64,000 nucleotides of DNA from Candidatus Hydrogenedentota bacterium (GCA_963745075.1 CAVUWV010000011.1:64001-128000), one strand, 5' to 3'; positions 42,238 to 52,717 are shown, counted from the first letter of the stretch. Notes: a model not told the origin generated them from the letters alone. Numbers and translations: made by a program.

Positions 42238-42341
42238 ATCCTATCCAAACATCTTGGTATGAGGGGGGTGGAATTACCCCAAGTGCGTAATCCTAATCGA
42301 ATTGGCGATTGATTCAAAGTCCGGCGCGGAATCAGAGCGTG

Positions 42342-45300
42342 TCACTGAGGGCGTTGCGACGCCGGACTTGACATTGGACCAGGTGATTTCAGGCGCTGGG
42401 CCTGCGGACCGAGCACGGCGTAGATTCGGGGCATCGAATCTTTCGCGGTGAATTGCCGCTTGGCCGCATCACATTTCTGATCCGCCAGTGGTTCCCATTG
42501 GCGGTGGTCATTCAAGGCATAGAGGGACAAGTTCTCGACCGTTTCCGGTGCACACACGTCCTGCTGCACACGCAGATGAACCGTCAAATCCACGGGTTTG
42601 CTCGGCGATTGGCAGTCGGCCGCAACGAACTCGGTAAACGCCGCCATGCCGCCCGGCAACGGCGCGGGTGGTTCCTCAAAGGCAATCAACCGTGCGCCAA
42701 ACGGCGCTTCGGAACGCATTTCGACAAGGCCATCCACCTGCGGCGGTTGAAGGCGGAGGTTGGAGCCCCAGGTGATTGCCCCTTGCCGCGTCTTGGTGTC
42801 CGCCTGTGCGGCCGCAGCGATCAGGGGCGGGGGAGATTGCACCGGGACGGGTTCGCGCGACGGCTCCATGACGGCCGGCGAACGGGACGGCACCAACGGC
42901 GCGAAGGGAAGCTGCGGTTCGGGGTCCACTGCCTTCGGGACGGCGGGCATCAACGGCTCCGCCGGTTCATCCGGAATGGTCTCCGCAACGCGAACCCGCT
43001 TGGCCACATCCGGCGCGCGCCGGTAATCGGCGGGCCCGAGCACGGCGTACGTTCGCAACTCCCGGTCGCGACAGGTGAAGGTCTGGGCCTGCGCGTTCAC
43101 TTCCTGGGCTTGAAGGGGCGTCCAGCCGTTCGTCGAATCGTACGCGTAAACGGCGAGGTAGGGTAGGTGTTCCGGTGCGCAGAGTTCCGGTCCCACATGG
43201 ATCGTCATGTCAACCGAAGACGGGACCGTCACCGGATCTTGCGCGAGTCGTGCATACACGGTGAACGTTGCCAGGTCGGGGGGCAATGGGGCGGGGGATT
43301 CGGAAAACATTTTGGTGGTAACCTTGACCGGATCCCGTGCCGTGATCGTGCATTCGGCCTCCATTCCCGGCGGTGAAACGCGGACCTGCGAACCAAAACC
43401 GCTCTCGGCGAGACGGCGCACTTCCGAGGGATCGAAGTGCGTGAATTTCAACCTCCGGTCCCGGAGCAACTGCATCTGATCCGCGAAGTGGGGAGACTCC
43501 GGATCTTCCGACGCACCGAAGGGCACCATGCTTACCGCGCGCGTGCGTTCCGGGCCGAAGGCGACGACCATGCCGAATCCGTACCCATAGCCAACCTGCC
43601 ATGTGTGGTCGGTGTATACGTCGTCCGACGCCACAAACAACGGTTGTCCCGACATACCGCCCGGAGCGGGCATGGTCGTTTCGCCGCGCACGAAGGTATG
43701 CACGTCGCCCCAAGGCACGTTCAGCGTCTGAAACTCGCCGCGCAGCAGCATGGCGGCTTCTTCCGCGGCGCGCAATCCCGTCTTCTGGATTTCGTCGGAG
43801 TTCGCACCCAGCGTTTTGACCAATTCCACATCGTTGTAGATCCCGGTCATTTGGTGCAGCGTGGTCCACCACACGTGAAAGTACGTCATGCCGGGGCTGT
43901 CCGGTTCGGCCACGTAGTTCCAACCGTGGATGCCGTCAATGCACGGCGCCAGATCGGGATGGGCGTTCAAGACCCAGTCGCGGTGGGTGTCCGCAGTTTG
44001 CTTGAGCCACGGCACCGCGTACATGGCCGCCGGCACGAGCACGTCGTACAGCATCGCCTGCACGTCGTTGAAGGATCGCTGGCCTAGCGCAAGCAGCCGG
44101 CGCGCCCGTTGCGCGCGAAACGAGTCCACGTCGCGTGCGAACCACCCCGGCCAATCGGCAGCCTTGAGATCGGTGCGTTCCGATGCATCCCACGGGGGGG
44201 TACCGCAGGCCTGGATGTAGCCTGCGGCCGGATTGGTCAGCGACGGCAGCGCTGAAGGTGGAATGATTGGCCCCCATTCAAACGTGGAACTGCCACCGGG
44301 GACCGGCAAAGACCAATCGACGGTGCGCGGCGACGTGTTCGGTTCGGCATCCTTCTCACCGGAATTCGCCGGTACCGCCAGATCTGCGGGGCCGGGCCAA
44401 TATTTGTTCCCCACCTTCGTGTTGTAGAGGTAGAAGATGTTGCCCTCGCGGTCCGCGTAGACGATGTGAAAACAGGGTAACTGGTGCAAGTCGAGAGCGT
44501 TTTGAAACTGTTTGAGATTCTGCGCGGCCGCCATGAGATGAAACTGGCGCAAGGCCCCGAAATCCCGGTATCCCCCGATGTGGTACGACGCGAAGCGGCC
44601 TTTTTCCTTGCCGACGATCGGTCCGCGCTTAGTGTCGAGGTAGGGTACCTGCCGCTCTTCCATGCCGCCCGGCTGGCGGACATAATAGGTGCGTGAGTTC
44701 GCGACCATTTGGAGGTAGCGCATTGAATCGCGGTTGGCAAAGACCGAGGCGGGATTCTTTGGATCGACGTCGCCCGACGAGCCGGGCTCCAGGTACACGT
44801 CGGCGAAATCGTTGAAATTCGGGGTCAACGCCCAGCCCAATACGCCATTGTGGCCCATCATGATTGTCGGAATCCCGAACAGCGTGGCACCCGCCATGTT
44901 GAAGTCGCCCACCGTGAGCTGCGCTTCGTACCACTGGAAAGGACCACCGTAGTCCGTGTGTGGATTGATGGCGATCATCGTCTCGCCCGTGGTGGTTCGC
45001 GACGGCGCCAGGGCCCAGGCATTGCCGGTGGTGGCCGCAGGTGCACGGCCCCAGACGTTGGGCAGGTCAAAGGGCGCAAAACTCATCAGGTAGCAGTGAA
45101 TGAGGGCGAGGATTTCTTCTGGTCGCACGCCGTCCGCCCATTCCGGCGCGTCGCCGGGGTGATCGACGAGCCACGTGTTCACACCCAGCGCAAACCCCGA
45201 GCACAGGTCGGCCGTGATGGGATCGGCATACGGAAAGGACGCGCGCGCCGCTTCCAAATGCCCGAGCTTCAGTGCGAATTCGTCGGAATCGGCATACGCT

Positions 45301-45590
45301 TCGCCGTAGACTTCCGCCGCACGGCCGGAGGCGACGCGGTAGGCTTTGAGCATTGCTTCGATGTGATCGTCCGCCTGGGCATAGCCGAAGGCGAAAGCCA
45401 TCGCGTAGAAATTGTCCGCCTGGATATGGGGGACGCCCCACTCGTCCCGGTAAATCGTGGCCTGTTCCCACAGCGCCCGCGGGTCTTGAATGGGCTGGGC
45501 AACGGCACGGACGGTTCCCAGGCAGAGGAGAGTCGCACAAAGCGTCCTCAAGAATCTGACGCATAAGGACTGGAACGAAGACCTGAACAT
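42342..45590 (-). CDS. Penicillin-acylase-family (Ntn) exported protein with duplicated C-terminal domain, probably non-catalytic
   Basis: IYRDEWGVPHI, FGYAQADD, NAWALAPSRT..G...INPH, WYEAQL, YADREGNI, SPHFADQ. Confidence 0.85.
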   Translation of the reverse strand: MFRSSFQSLCVRFLRTLCATLLCLGTVRAVAQPIQDPRALWEQATIYRDEWGVPHIQADNFYAMAFAFGYAQADDHIEAMLKAYRVASGRAAEVYGEAYADSDEFALKLGHLEAARASFPYADPITADLCSGFALGVNTWLVDHPGDAPEWADGVRPEEILALIHCYLMSFAPFDLPNVWGRAPAATTGNAWALAPSRTTTGETMIAINPHTDYGGPFQWYEAQLTVGDFNMAGATLFGIPTIMMGHNGVLGWALTPNFNDFADVYLEPGSSGDVDPKNPASVFANRDSMRYLQMVANSRTYYVRQPGGMEERQVPYLDTKRGPIVGKEKGRFASYHIGGYRDFGALRQFHLMAAAQNLKQFQNALDLHQLPCFHIVYADREGNIFYLYNTKVGNKYWPGPADLAVPANSGEKDAEPNTSPRTVDWSLPVPGGSSTFEWGPIIPPSALPSLTNPAAGYIQACGTPPWDASERTDLKAADWPGWFARDVDSFRAQRARRLLALGQRSFNDVQAMLYDVLVPAAMYAVPWLKQTADTHRDWVLNAHPDLAPCIDGIHGWNYVAEPDSPGMTYFHVWWTTLHQMTGIYNDVELVKTLGANSDEIQKTGLRAAEEAAMLLRGEFQTLNVPWGDVHTFVRGETTMPAPGGMSGQPLFVASDDVYTDHTWQVGYGYGFGMVVAFGPERTRAVSMVPFGASEDPESPHFADQMQLLRDRRLKFTHFDPSEVRRLAESGFGSQVRVSPPGMEAECTITARDPVKVTTKMFSESPAPLPPDLATFTVYARLAQDPVTVPSSVDMTIHVGPELCAPEHLPYLAVYAYDSTNGWTPLQAQEVNAQAQTFTCRDRELRTYAVLGPADYRRAPDVAKRVRVAETIPDEPAEPLMPAVPKAVDPEPQLPFAPLVPSRSPAVMEPSREPVPVQSPPPLIAAAAQADTKTRQGAITWGSNLRLQPPQVDGLVEMRSEAPFGARLIAFEEPPAPLPGGMAAFTEFVAADCQSPSKPVDLTVHLRVQQDVCAPETVENLSLYALNDHRQWEPLADQKCDAAKRQFTAKDSMPRIYAVLGPQAQRLKSPGPMSSPASQRPQ

Positions 45591-45683
45591 TAGCCCAATA
45601 CTTTTTCCGGGATGAGAATCTTGGCGTACAAGGAATCGTCGCCTTTAGGACGGGCTTTTGTCAATTAAATACGTCGTTCGCGA

Positions 45684-46517
45684 TCAGACGAAGGCCACTG
45701 CATTCCCTTCCCCGCCAATGGCCGCACCGACCATATGTGGCGTGTTGTGGGCATATCCAATCTGGCCCTTCGTATCGAGACAAATGAGACCGCCGTGACC
45801 CCGAATCTCATCCAAGAGCGCGATGCCGGCCTCCGCCGCCAATTGCGGTAACTTCAAGTGTGTCAATAACTCAGCCGCGCTCCGAGAGATCATCACCCGC
45901 ATCAAGTCCTCGCCCATGCCCGTCGCCGACACGCCGCACCGGGCGTCCGCGTAGGCACCGCATCCGAGCAGGGGAGAGTCGCCCACGCGTCCCGGCATCT
46001 TGTCCCGCGTGCCGCCTGTGGACGTGGCCGCGGCGATCCGGCCGTCCGCATCCAATGCAACGGCGCCGACCGTATCCTGTGCGGGGTTGGCGACGGCCGG
46101 CACAACGAGGCGTTCGGTTGGATAGTCGTCGAAACCGTTCGCATGGGCGAACCGCGTCGCTCCCTCCGCTACCAAGAATCGATGAGGGGTCGATTCCATG
46201 ATCTTGCGTGCGACGGATATCGGGTGTTGAACGTTGCGGATTCCCGCCACCGCGCCGAAGTCGCGCGCCGCGCCATCCACGATCAGCGCATCCATCTCCA
46301 CTTCCCCGGCGGTGGTCGCATGCGATCCGGTTCCCGCATTGAAGAGCGGGTGGTCTTCGAGTAATCGCACCGCATATTCGACGGCATCGAATGCTGACGC
46401 GCCGTCTTTCAACAACCGGTGTGCCGCATCACGCGCGGCTTCGCATCCGGCCCTCGCGACGGAATGTTTGTCCTCCGGCCATGTTCCGGCTCCTCCGTGT
46501 ACGATGATCGCTATCAA
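45684..46517 (-). CDS. Isoaspartyl peptidase / L-asparaginase (Ntn type 2)
   Basis: IIVHGGAG, LEDHPLFNAG, DTVGAVALD, TSTGG, GRVGDSP. TTG start with AGGGAG RBS. Confidence 0.9.
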   Translation of the reverse strand: MIAIIVHGGAGTWPEDKHSVARAGCEAARDAAHRLLKDGASAFDAVEYAVRLLEDHPLFNAGTGSHATTAGEVEMDALIVDGAARDFGAVAGIRNVQHPISVARKIMESTPHRFLVAEGATRFAHANGFDDYPTERLVVPAVANPAQDTVGAVALDADGRIAAATSTGGTRDKMPGRVGDSPLLGCGAYADARCGVSATGMGEDLMRVMISRSAAELLTHLKLPQLAAEAGIALLDEIRGHGGLICLDTKGQIGYAHNTPHMVGAAIGGEGNAVAFV

Positions 46518-46637
46518 GAAGTGGCTCCCTGCTGGTTGCACACATCGTAACAGAGCGAACGCCGTTTTCTCTGCAATCGTGCACTCCACAACCGAGGAAA
46601 GTGGTGCTAGCCCTCCCGGATTTCGTAACCTGCTGGC

Positions 46638-47729
46638 ATGCACAGCACCAGCGCACCTCCCGATCTCACACGACGTGCATTCCTGGGCGCCGCTATCTCC
46701 GGCGTAGCCGCCGCAGGATTCCTGACCGCGCAGTCGCAAGACGTTCCGCCCAGCGCCGCGAAACTCCCTCGATGGCGAGGGTTCAATTTGCAGGAGAAGT
46801 TTATCGCGGAGCGAAAGGGCCCGTTTAACGAAAGCGACTTCGAATGGATCGCGGGTTGGGGCTTCGATTTTGTGCGGCTGCCGATGGATTACCGGTGTTG
46901 GTCAAAACAGGATGACTGGTTCACCCTCGATGACGCGGAGCTGAAACAGGTCGATCGGGCGGTTGAATTCGGCCGGCAACACGGCGTGCACGTATGCCTC
47001 GACTTTCATCGCGCGCCCGGCTACTCAGTCAACCCCAATCCGCCCGAGCCGATATCGCTATGGGATGATGCCAAGGCACAGGAAGCATTCGCGTTTCAGT
47101 GGGCTCATTTCGCGGAGCGATACAAAGGCATTCCAAATTCAGCGATCAGTTTCGATCTCCTCAACGAACCGGCCAAGGTGCCTACGGACAAATATGTCGC
47201 CGTCGCACGAAAGGCGATTGACGCGATTCGTGCCGTGGACCCGAACCGGCTCATCATCTCTGATGGTCTGCAATGGGGGCGCGTGCCCATACAGGACCTT
47301 GCCGACGCGGGCATCGCCCAGAGCACGCGCGGCTACGATCCCATGCGCCTGACTCATTACAAGGCGTCCTGGGTTAACGGTGCCGATACGTGGAATGAAC
47401 CGACGTGGCCTCTCACGTTTGGCGACACGGTATGGGATAAAGAGCGTCTTTACAAGACTACCATTGCTCCCTGGAAAGCGCTCGAAGCGGAAGGCGTCGG
47501 CGTCCATGTGGGCGAGTGGGGCGCGTTCAACCAAACACCCCATGAGGTCACCCTCGCCTGGATGCGCGATTTCCTGGAACTCTGGCAGGACGCAGGCTGG
47601 GGTTGGGCGTTGTGGAATCTCCGTGGCGGTTTCGGACCCCTCGATTCTCAACGGGCCGATGTCACCTACGAAGACTTCCACGGTCACGCGTTGGACCGTG
47701 AGATGCTGGAACTGCTCCGTGCGCATTGA
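46638..47729 (+). CDS. Glycoside hydrolase family 5 protein with Tat signal
   Basis: TRRAFL signal, RGFNL, FVRLPMDY, DFH, LLNEP acid/base, VGEWG nucleophile. Confidence 0.88.
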   Translation: MHSTSAPPDLTRRAFLGAAISGVAAAGFLTAQSQDVPPSAAKLPRWRGFNLQEKFIAERKGPFNESDFEWIAGWGFDFVRLPMDYRCWSKQDDWFTLDDAELKQVDRAVEFGRQHGVHVCLDFHRAPGYSVNPNPPEPISLWDDAKAQEAFAFQWAHFAERYKGIPNSAISFDLLNEPAKVPTDKYVAVARKAIDAIRAVDPNRLIISDGLQWGRVPIQDLADAGIAQSTRGYDPMRLTHYKASWVNGADTWNEPTWPLTFGDTVWDKERLYKTTIAPWKALEAEGVGVHVGEWGAFNQTPHEVTLAWMRDFLELWQDAGWGWALWNLRGGFGPLDSQRADVTYEDFHGHALDREMLELLRAH

Positions 47730-47757
47730 ATAGGGTAACGCGTGAAGGGAGCCGCAC

Positions 47758-48540
47758 GTGAGCGAACAATCCAAATCCTGGGACGCGGAACTCTACGACG
47801 GCAAGCACGCCTACGTTTACGCCTATGGCGCGGAAGTTGTGAACCTGCTTGCGCCCCAATCCGGGGAGCGCATTCTCGATCTCGGTTGCGGCACGGGGCA
47901 TTTGACCAACGCCATTGCCCAGTCCGGCGCCGATGCGTTTGGCCTGGATAGCTCCGCCAACATGATTGCCAAGGCCCGCGTCGCCTACCCGAACCTGCAC
48001 TTCGACGTCGCGGACGCCCGTGATTTCAAAGTCGAGCCGCAGGTCGACGCCGTGTTCTCGAACGCCGTCCTGCACTGGGTGCTGGAGCCGGAACGCGCGG
48101 TCACCGGTATTGCCGACGCGCTGAAACCGGGCGGACGGTTCGTGGCCGAGTTCGGCGGGCGGGGGAATGTGGATCGAATTGTCTCGGCCGTTCGCGCCGT
48201 TCTCGACGAAATGGGTACTCCGCCGTCAGTCGGGCGAGGCTGGTGGTTCTTTCCAGGCATCGCGGAGTATTCCCATTTGCTGGAGAAGGCCGGTCTCGAA
48301 GTCGTGTACGCGGCCTTGATCGATCGTCCTACTTTGTTGGAAGATGGGGAGGACGGTTTTCGTAACTGGTTGAAAATGTTCGCTGAACACGCGATTTCCG
48401 AAGTTCCGGAAGACTTGCGGGAGGACTTTTATTCCCGCATAGAATCGCGCTTGCGGGTACAATTACATCATGATGGCGCGTGGCACGCCGACTACCGTCG
48501 GATTCGCGTCAAGGCCGTCAAGCAGGGCAGTATCGAATAA
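47758..48540 (+). CDS. Class I SAM-dependent methyltransferase (Tam-like)
   Basis: ILDLGCGTG, DAVFSNAVLHWV, LKPGGRF. Confidence 0.88.
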   Translation: MSEQSKSWDAELYDGKHAYVYAYGAEVVNLLAPQSGERILDLGCGTGHLTNAIAQSGADAFGLDSSANMIAKARVAYPNLHFDVADARDFKVEPQVDAVFSNAVLHWVLEPERAVTGIADALKPGGRFVAEFGGRGNVDRIVSAVRAVLDEMGTPPSVGRGWWFFPGIAEYSHLLEKAGLEVVYAALIDRPTLLEDGEDGFRNWLKMFAEHAISEVPEDLREDFYSRIESRLRVQLHHDGAWHADYRRIRVKAVKQGSIE

Positions 48541-48587
48541 AGTTCTCACCGCCGCGTCCGATATACCAAGTAAGGTAGAAACGCTCG

Positions 48588-50189
48588 ATGACGCTCCGGA
48601 TACTGGCAATTGGTCTCATCATCAGCGGAATGGTGGGGTTCGCCGCGCACGCGGATGGACCGCGTCCGCACGCGGGGCCCGTGTATATCGTCGAAGTCAC
48701 GCTAGCCAATCCGGGCACGGACGTTGATCGGTTGTCCGATGCCGGATTCTCGGTTAGCAGCTTGAACGGAAACGTGGCGACCGTCTACGCCACGGTCGAT
48801 GAATTGCTGTGGCTAAAGGCCCAGGGGTTCTCTTACACCGTCGCCAAACAGCAACCCCGCACCGCTGCTCCGAAAGGCGGCGCCAAAGCGCTCGGTGAAT
48901 ATCATTCCTACGCGGACATGACGACGCTGCTCCAGTCCTACGCGTCCGCTTACGGCGCCAATCAAGCAATCCATCCGGACATCTGCCGGCTGTTTTCCCT
49001 GGGGCAGTCCGTGGAAGGGCGCGAACTGTGGGCCATGCTTATTACGGACCATCCCGACGTTGAGGAGTTCGAGCCCGAATTCAAATACGTGTCGACCATT
49101 CACGGCGACGAGACCGTCGGCACCGAGATGTGTCTGTACTTTGTCGACTACCTGTTGAATCAGTACGGCGTGACCGATCGCATTACGCGGCTCGTGAATC
49201 GTACGGCCATTTGGGTCGTGCCCCTGATGAACCCCGACGGGCAGGTTGCCGTCACGCGGTACAACGCAAACGGATACGACCTGAACCGATCGTTCCCGGC
49301 CTGGCCCGCCGATTTTTCCGGTACCCAATTTGACGGGGCCTCCCCGGATCTGTTTGGACGGCAGCCGGAAGTGCAGCACGTCATGGAATGGACGGCGGAC
49401 AACAGCTTCACCCTGTCCGCTAATCTTCACACGGGCGCGCTTCTGGTGAATTACCCCTACGACGACGACGGAATGGGATCGGGCCACGACGCCCCGACGC
49501 CGGACGACGCGCTGTTCGAGTACGTGTCGGAAACGTATTCCATGTTCAATACGCCCATGTATACCAATTCGGTGCCGTCGTTCCCGAAAGGCATCACGAA
49601 CGGTTCGGCGTGGTACCAAATCGACGGCGGCATGCAGGACTGGAACTATCGCTACGTCGGCTGCAATGAAGTGACCATCGAGTTGTCGCCAATCAAAATT
49701 CCCGATGCAAACACGCTTTCGACCTTGTGGGACAACAATCGCGATTCCATGATCGCCTACGCGGAGATGGCCGACATCGGCATTCGCGGCCGGGTACGGG
49801 ATAAGGTTACGGGGGAACCCATCTACGCCAAGGTCGAGGTCGTCGGCAACGACCAGCCGGTGTTCACCGATCCCGACGTGGGCGATTACCACCGTATGCT
49901 GTTGCCCGGCGCCTACACGCTCAAGTACTCCGCCCCGGGGTATAAGAGCAAGCGGCGGCGGGATATCGTCGTGACGGACGGCCGCGCGGTGCGCGTCAAC
50001 GTGAAACTGAAACCCCTCGTCGTTAATACCGACATCAATGGCGACGGCGAGACGAATGCCTCTGACGTGCAACTCGTCGTCCTTGCCGTTCTCGGCAAGT
50101 CTATCGCCTACGATCCCGACGCCAACGGCGACGGCTCCGTCGACACCGTTGACCTGCAACTCGTCGTCAACGGCGTCAGCCAAGGCTGA
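48588..50189 (+). CDS. Secreted M14 zinc carboxypeptidase with beta-sandwich domain and C-terminal dockerin
   Basis: HGDE, MNPDG, DLNRSFP, NLHTG, GGMQDWNY, EVTIEL. Dockerin repeats DINGDGETNASD and DANGDGSVDTVD. Confidence 0.9.
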   Translation: MTLRILAIGLIISGMVGFAAHADGPRPHAGPVYIVEVTLANPGTDVDRLSDAGFSVSSLNGNVATVYATVDELLWLKAQGFSYTVAKQQPRTAAPKGGAKALGEYHSYADMTTLLQSYASAYGANQAIHPDICRLFSLGQSVEGRELWAMLITDHPDVEEFEPEFKYVSTIHGDETVGTEMCLYFVDYLLNQYGVTDRITRLVNRTAIWVVPLMNPDGQVAVTRYNANGYDLNRSFPAWPADFSGTQFDGASPDLFGRQPEVQHVMEWTADNSFTLSANLHTGALLVNYPYDDDGMGSGHDAPTPDDALFEYVSETYSMFNTPMYTNSVPSFPKGITNGSAWYQIDGGMQDWNYRYVGCNEVTIELSPIKIPDANTLSTLWDNNRDSMIAYAEMADIGIRGRVRDKVTGEPIYAKVEVVGNDQPVFTDPDVGDYHRMLLPGAYTLKYSAPGYKSKRRRDIVVTDGRAVRVNVKLKPLVVNTDINGDGETNASDVQLVVLAVLGKSIAYDPDANGDGSVDTVDLQLVVNGVSQG

Positions 50190-50233
50190 CGGATTAACCG
50201 AAAGCGATCCGCAAATCGTCCCACGGCCCATCG

Positions 50234-50314
50234 CGTCATTCTGAACGAAGTGAAGAATCGTGCTTTCCCGTGGATTGCGGCGGAACGAGATTCTCTACTT
50301 CGTTCAGAATGATG
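50234..50314. repeat. CGTC-type REP-like inverted pair
   Basis: CGTCATTCTGAACGAAGTGAAGAATC ... GATTCTCTACTTCGTTCAGAATGATG, imperfect inverted repeat. Confidence 0.75.
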
Positions 50315-50420
50315 GTACGCGCGGTATCTTCAGCCATTCGTTTTCAAACCCAACCCCGCGTCGCTATAATCGTCTGAAACCCATCGAACGATCTGCGCAC
50401 CACGACGGGAGAAAGACACC

Positions 50421-51191
50421 ATGGCTGACGTAATTGATTACCAAATCCACGGCGACGATATGCAGCTTGTGGAGGTTGAATTGGACCCGGGTGAAGGCGT
50501 GCGCGCGGAAGCCGGCGCCATGACCTTCATGGAAGACGGCATCCAGATGGAGACGTCCACGGGCGGCGGCCTTTTCAAAGGGTTCAAACGCATGGTCACC
50601 GGGGAGAGTTTCTTCATTACGACCTTCCTCAATACCGAAAACGGCAAGCGCAAAGTTGGCTTTGCCGCCCCTTATCCCGGAAAGATCATTCCCCTGGAAC
50701 TCGGGCAGCTCGGCGGGACCTTCCTTTGTCAGAAGGACTCGTTCTTGTGCGCCGAGAAGAGCACGGAGATCAACGTCGCCTTTACGAAGAAACTCGGCGC
50801 GGGGCTGTTCGGCGGGGAGGGTTTCATCCTCCAGAAATTGGAGGGTGACGGCATGACGTTCGTCCATGCAGGCGGTACCGTCATCCGCCGCGACCTCGGT
50901 CCGGGAGAGCGGCTGCGTGTCGATACCGGATGTCTTGTGGCGTTTCCGCCGCAGGTGCGCTACGACATCGAAGCCGTCGGCGGGTTTAAGAACATGTTGT
51001 TCGGCGGGGAAGGTTTGTTCCTGGCGACGTTGACAGGACCCGGACCGGTCCTGCTGCAAAGCCTGCCCTTCTCGCGTCTGGCCGACCGGATGATGGCGGC
51101 AGCGGGCGGTCACCGTGGCGAACAAAAAGGCGTCGCCGGGCTTGGCGGCAACATTCTCGGCGGCTTGCTCGGGGGCGACACGAACTTCTAG
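50421..51191 (+). CDS. AIM24 family (TIGR00266) protein
   Basis: [54 protein letters not shown]. Confidence 0.9.
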   Translation: MADVIDYQIHGDDMQLVEVELDPGEGVRAEAGAMTFMEDGIQMETSTGGGLFKGFKRMVTGESFFITTFLNTENGKRKVGFAAPYPGKIIPLELGQLGGTFLCQKDSFLCAEKSTEINVAFTKKLGAGLFGGEGFILQKLEGDGMTFVHAGGTVIRRDLGPGERLRVDTGCLVAFPPQVRYDIEAVGGFKNMLFGGEGLFLATLTGPGPVLLQSLPFSRLADRMMAAAGGHRGEQKGVAGLGGNILGGLLGGDTNF

Positions 51192-52717
51192 TGGAAGAAC
51201 CGTCACGAGAGGATTTCCTATTTCCGCGAGCGTACCGGCGCATGGCCTTGGCGCTCCCGTGGGTGCTGCTTTTCATCGGCTTCACGCTCCGCACCGTCGA
51301 ATACATCCACGACAAAGCGATTTGGCTCGACGAAGCCCACGTCGCCCTTAACGTGCTCGAACGCGGGTACGCGGATCTCCTGAAGCCGCTGGATTACAAC
51401 CAGGCTGCTCCGTACGGCTTTCTGGTCGCCGAGCGGGCCATGGTCGACACGTTTGGCCCCAGTGAATACTCCTTGCGATACATCCCGTGGCTGGGCTCCA
51501 TTCTTGCCTTGCCGTTGTTTTGGATGTTTGCGAAACGGTTTCTGCGGTTCGAGGCAGCGCTGGTTGCGCTGGGCATATTCGCGCTGTCGCCCGGTGTCAT
51601 TCGCTATGCGTCCGAAGTGAAACCTTACGCGACGGACGTTGTCGCCACGCTGGTCCTCCTGTTGTTGGCGATGCGATGTCTTTCTCCAAAGGATGGAGTC
51701 AAATGGCTTCCCGCGCTCGCCGTTGCCGGCGCGGCTGCGCTGTGGTGTTCCTTCGCCAGCATTTTTGTGCTTGGGGGCGTGGGCATAACATTGGTCGCCG
51801 CCGCGCTTTCGGATCGTCGAGGATTGCGCTTCGCCGGAGTCGTACTTACCGGCCTCGCGTGGATTCTTAGCTTCGGCGTGTACTATCAGCTTTCCATCCG
51901 GTATACGGGCGGAAACGAAGTGCTCAAAGGCTGGTGGCGCGACACCTTCATGCCCCTTCCGCCAAATTCACTGGCCGATCTCAACTGGTTTGTCCGCACC
52001 TTCTTCGGCCTGTTCGACAATCCCGCGGGGATCCCCACGGTGGGAATCGGCGCGGTGCTGTATATCCTCGGCGCGCGGTCCCTGTTGTTTCGAGATAGGC
52101 TCATGTTGTTGCTGCTGCTGGCGCCGATTCTTGTGGCATTGCTCGCCAGCGGTCTGGAACGTTATCCGTTTACAGAACGCTTCTTGCTCTTCGCGGTTCC
52201 CCTGATTCTACCGGTAGTGGGGGAGGGTTTTGGCGTTCTGCGCAAACGTTCGCGCACTGCGCTGGTCCCAGTGGTCGTGCTCCTGGTGATGTTCGCTCAA
52301 CCTGCGATTGCAGGTTCGCGCACGCTGGTGAAGTCCGGCGTACCGCAGGGAATGCGTCCGGCGTATACGTTCCTGTTGAATCACTACCAAAAAGGCGACA
52401 CCGTTTATCTCTATTACTGGACGCTCGCGCCCCTACGTTACTGCATGCTACGCGACGGCGTCGACATTCCGTATCGCGCCGGGGTTACATCCCGTGCTGA
52501 CTGGAGCTACTACATCGCGGACATGGAACAACTGCTTGGCAACGAGCGCGTGTGGCTTGTCTTCACGAATACGCCGAAACCGCTCGTAGGAGAAGAGGAG
52601 AAGTTCTTCCTTACGTGGCTTGACCAACGCGGCACCCAGATCGACTCGATTCGCGCGCGCGAATCGAGCATCTATCTGTACGATCTGTCCGGTGTAGAAA
52701 GTGAATCGGGGCATTAG
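51191..52717 (+). CDS. GT-C membrane glycosyltransferase (family 39/ArnT-like)
   Basis: IWLDEA, QAAPYGF, RYASEVKPY and about 11 TM helices. Confidence 0.75.
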   Translation: MEEPSREDFLFPRAYRRMALALPWVLLFIGFTLRTVEYIHDKAIWLDEAHVALNVLERGYADLLKPLDYNQAAPYGFLVAERAMVDTFGPSEYSLRYIPWLGSILALPLFWMFAKRFLRFEAALVALGIFALSPGVIRYASEVKPYATDVVATLVLLLLAMRCLSPKDGVKWLPALAVAGAAALWCSFASIFVLGGVGITLVAAALSDRRGLRFAGVVLTGLAWILSFGVYYQLSIRYTGGNEVLKGWWRDTFMPLPPNSLADLNWFVRTFFGLFDNPAGIPTVGIGAVLYILGARSLLFRDRLMLLLLLAPILVALLASGLERYPFTERFLLFAVPLILPVVGEGFGVLRKRSRTALVPVVVLLVMFAQPAIAGSRTLVKSGVPQGMRPAYTFLLNHYQKGDTVYLYYWTLAPLRYCMLRDGVDIPYRAGVTSRADWSYYIADMEQLLGNERVWLVFTNTPKPLVGEEEKFFLTWLDQRGTQIDSIRARESSIYLYDLSGVESESGH

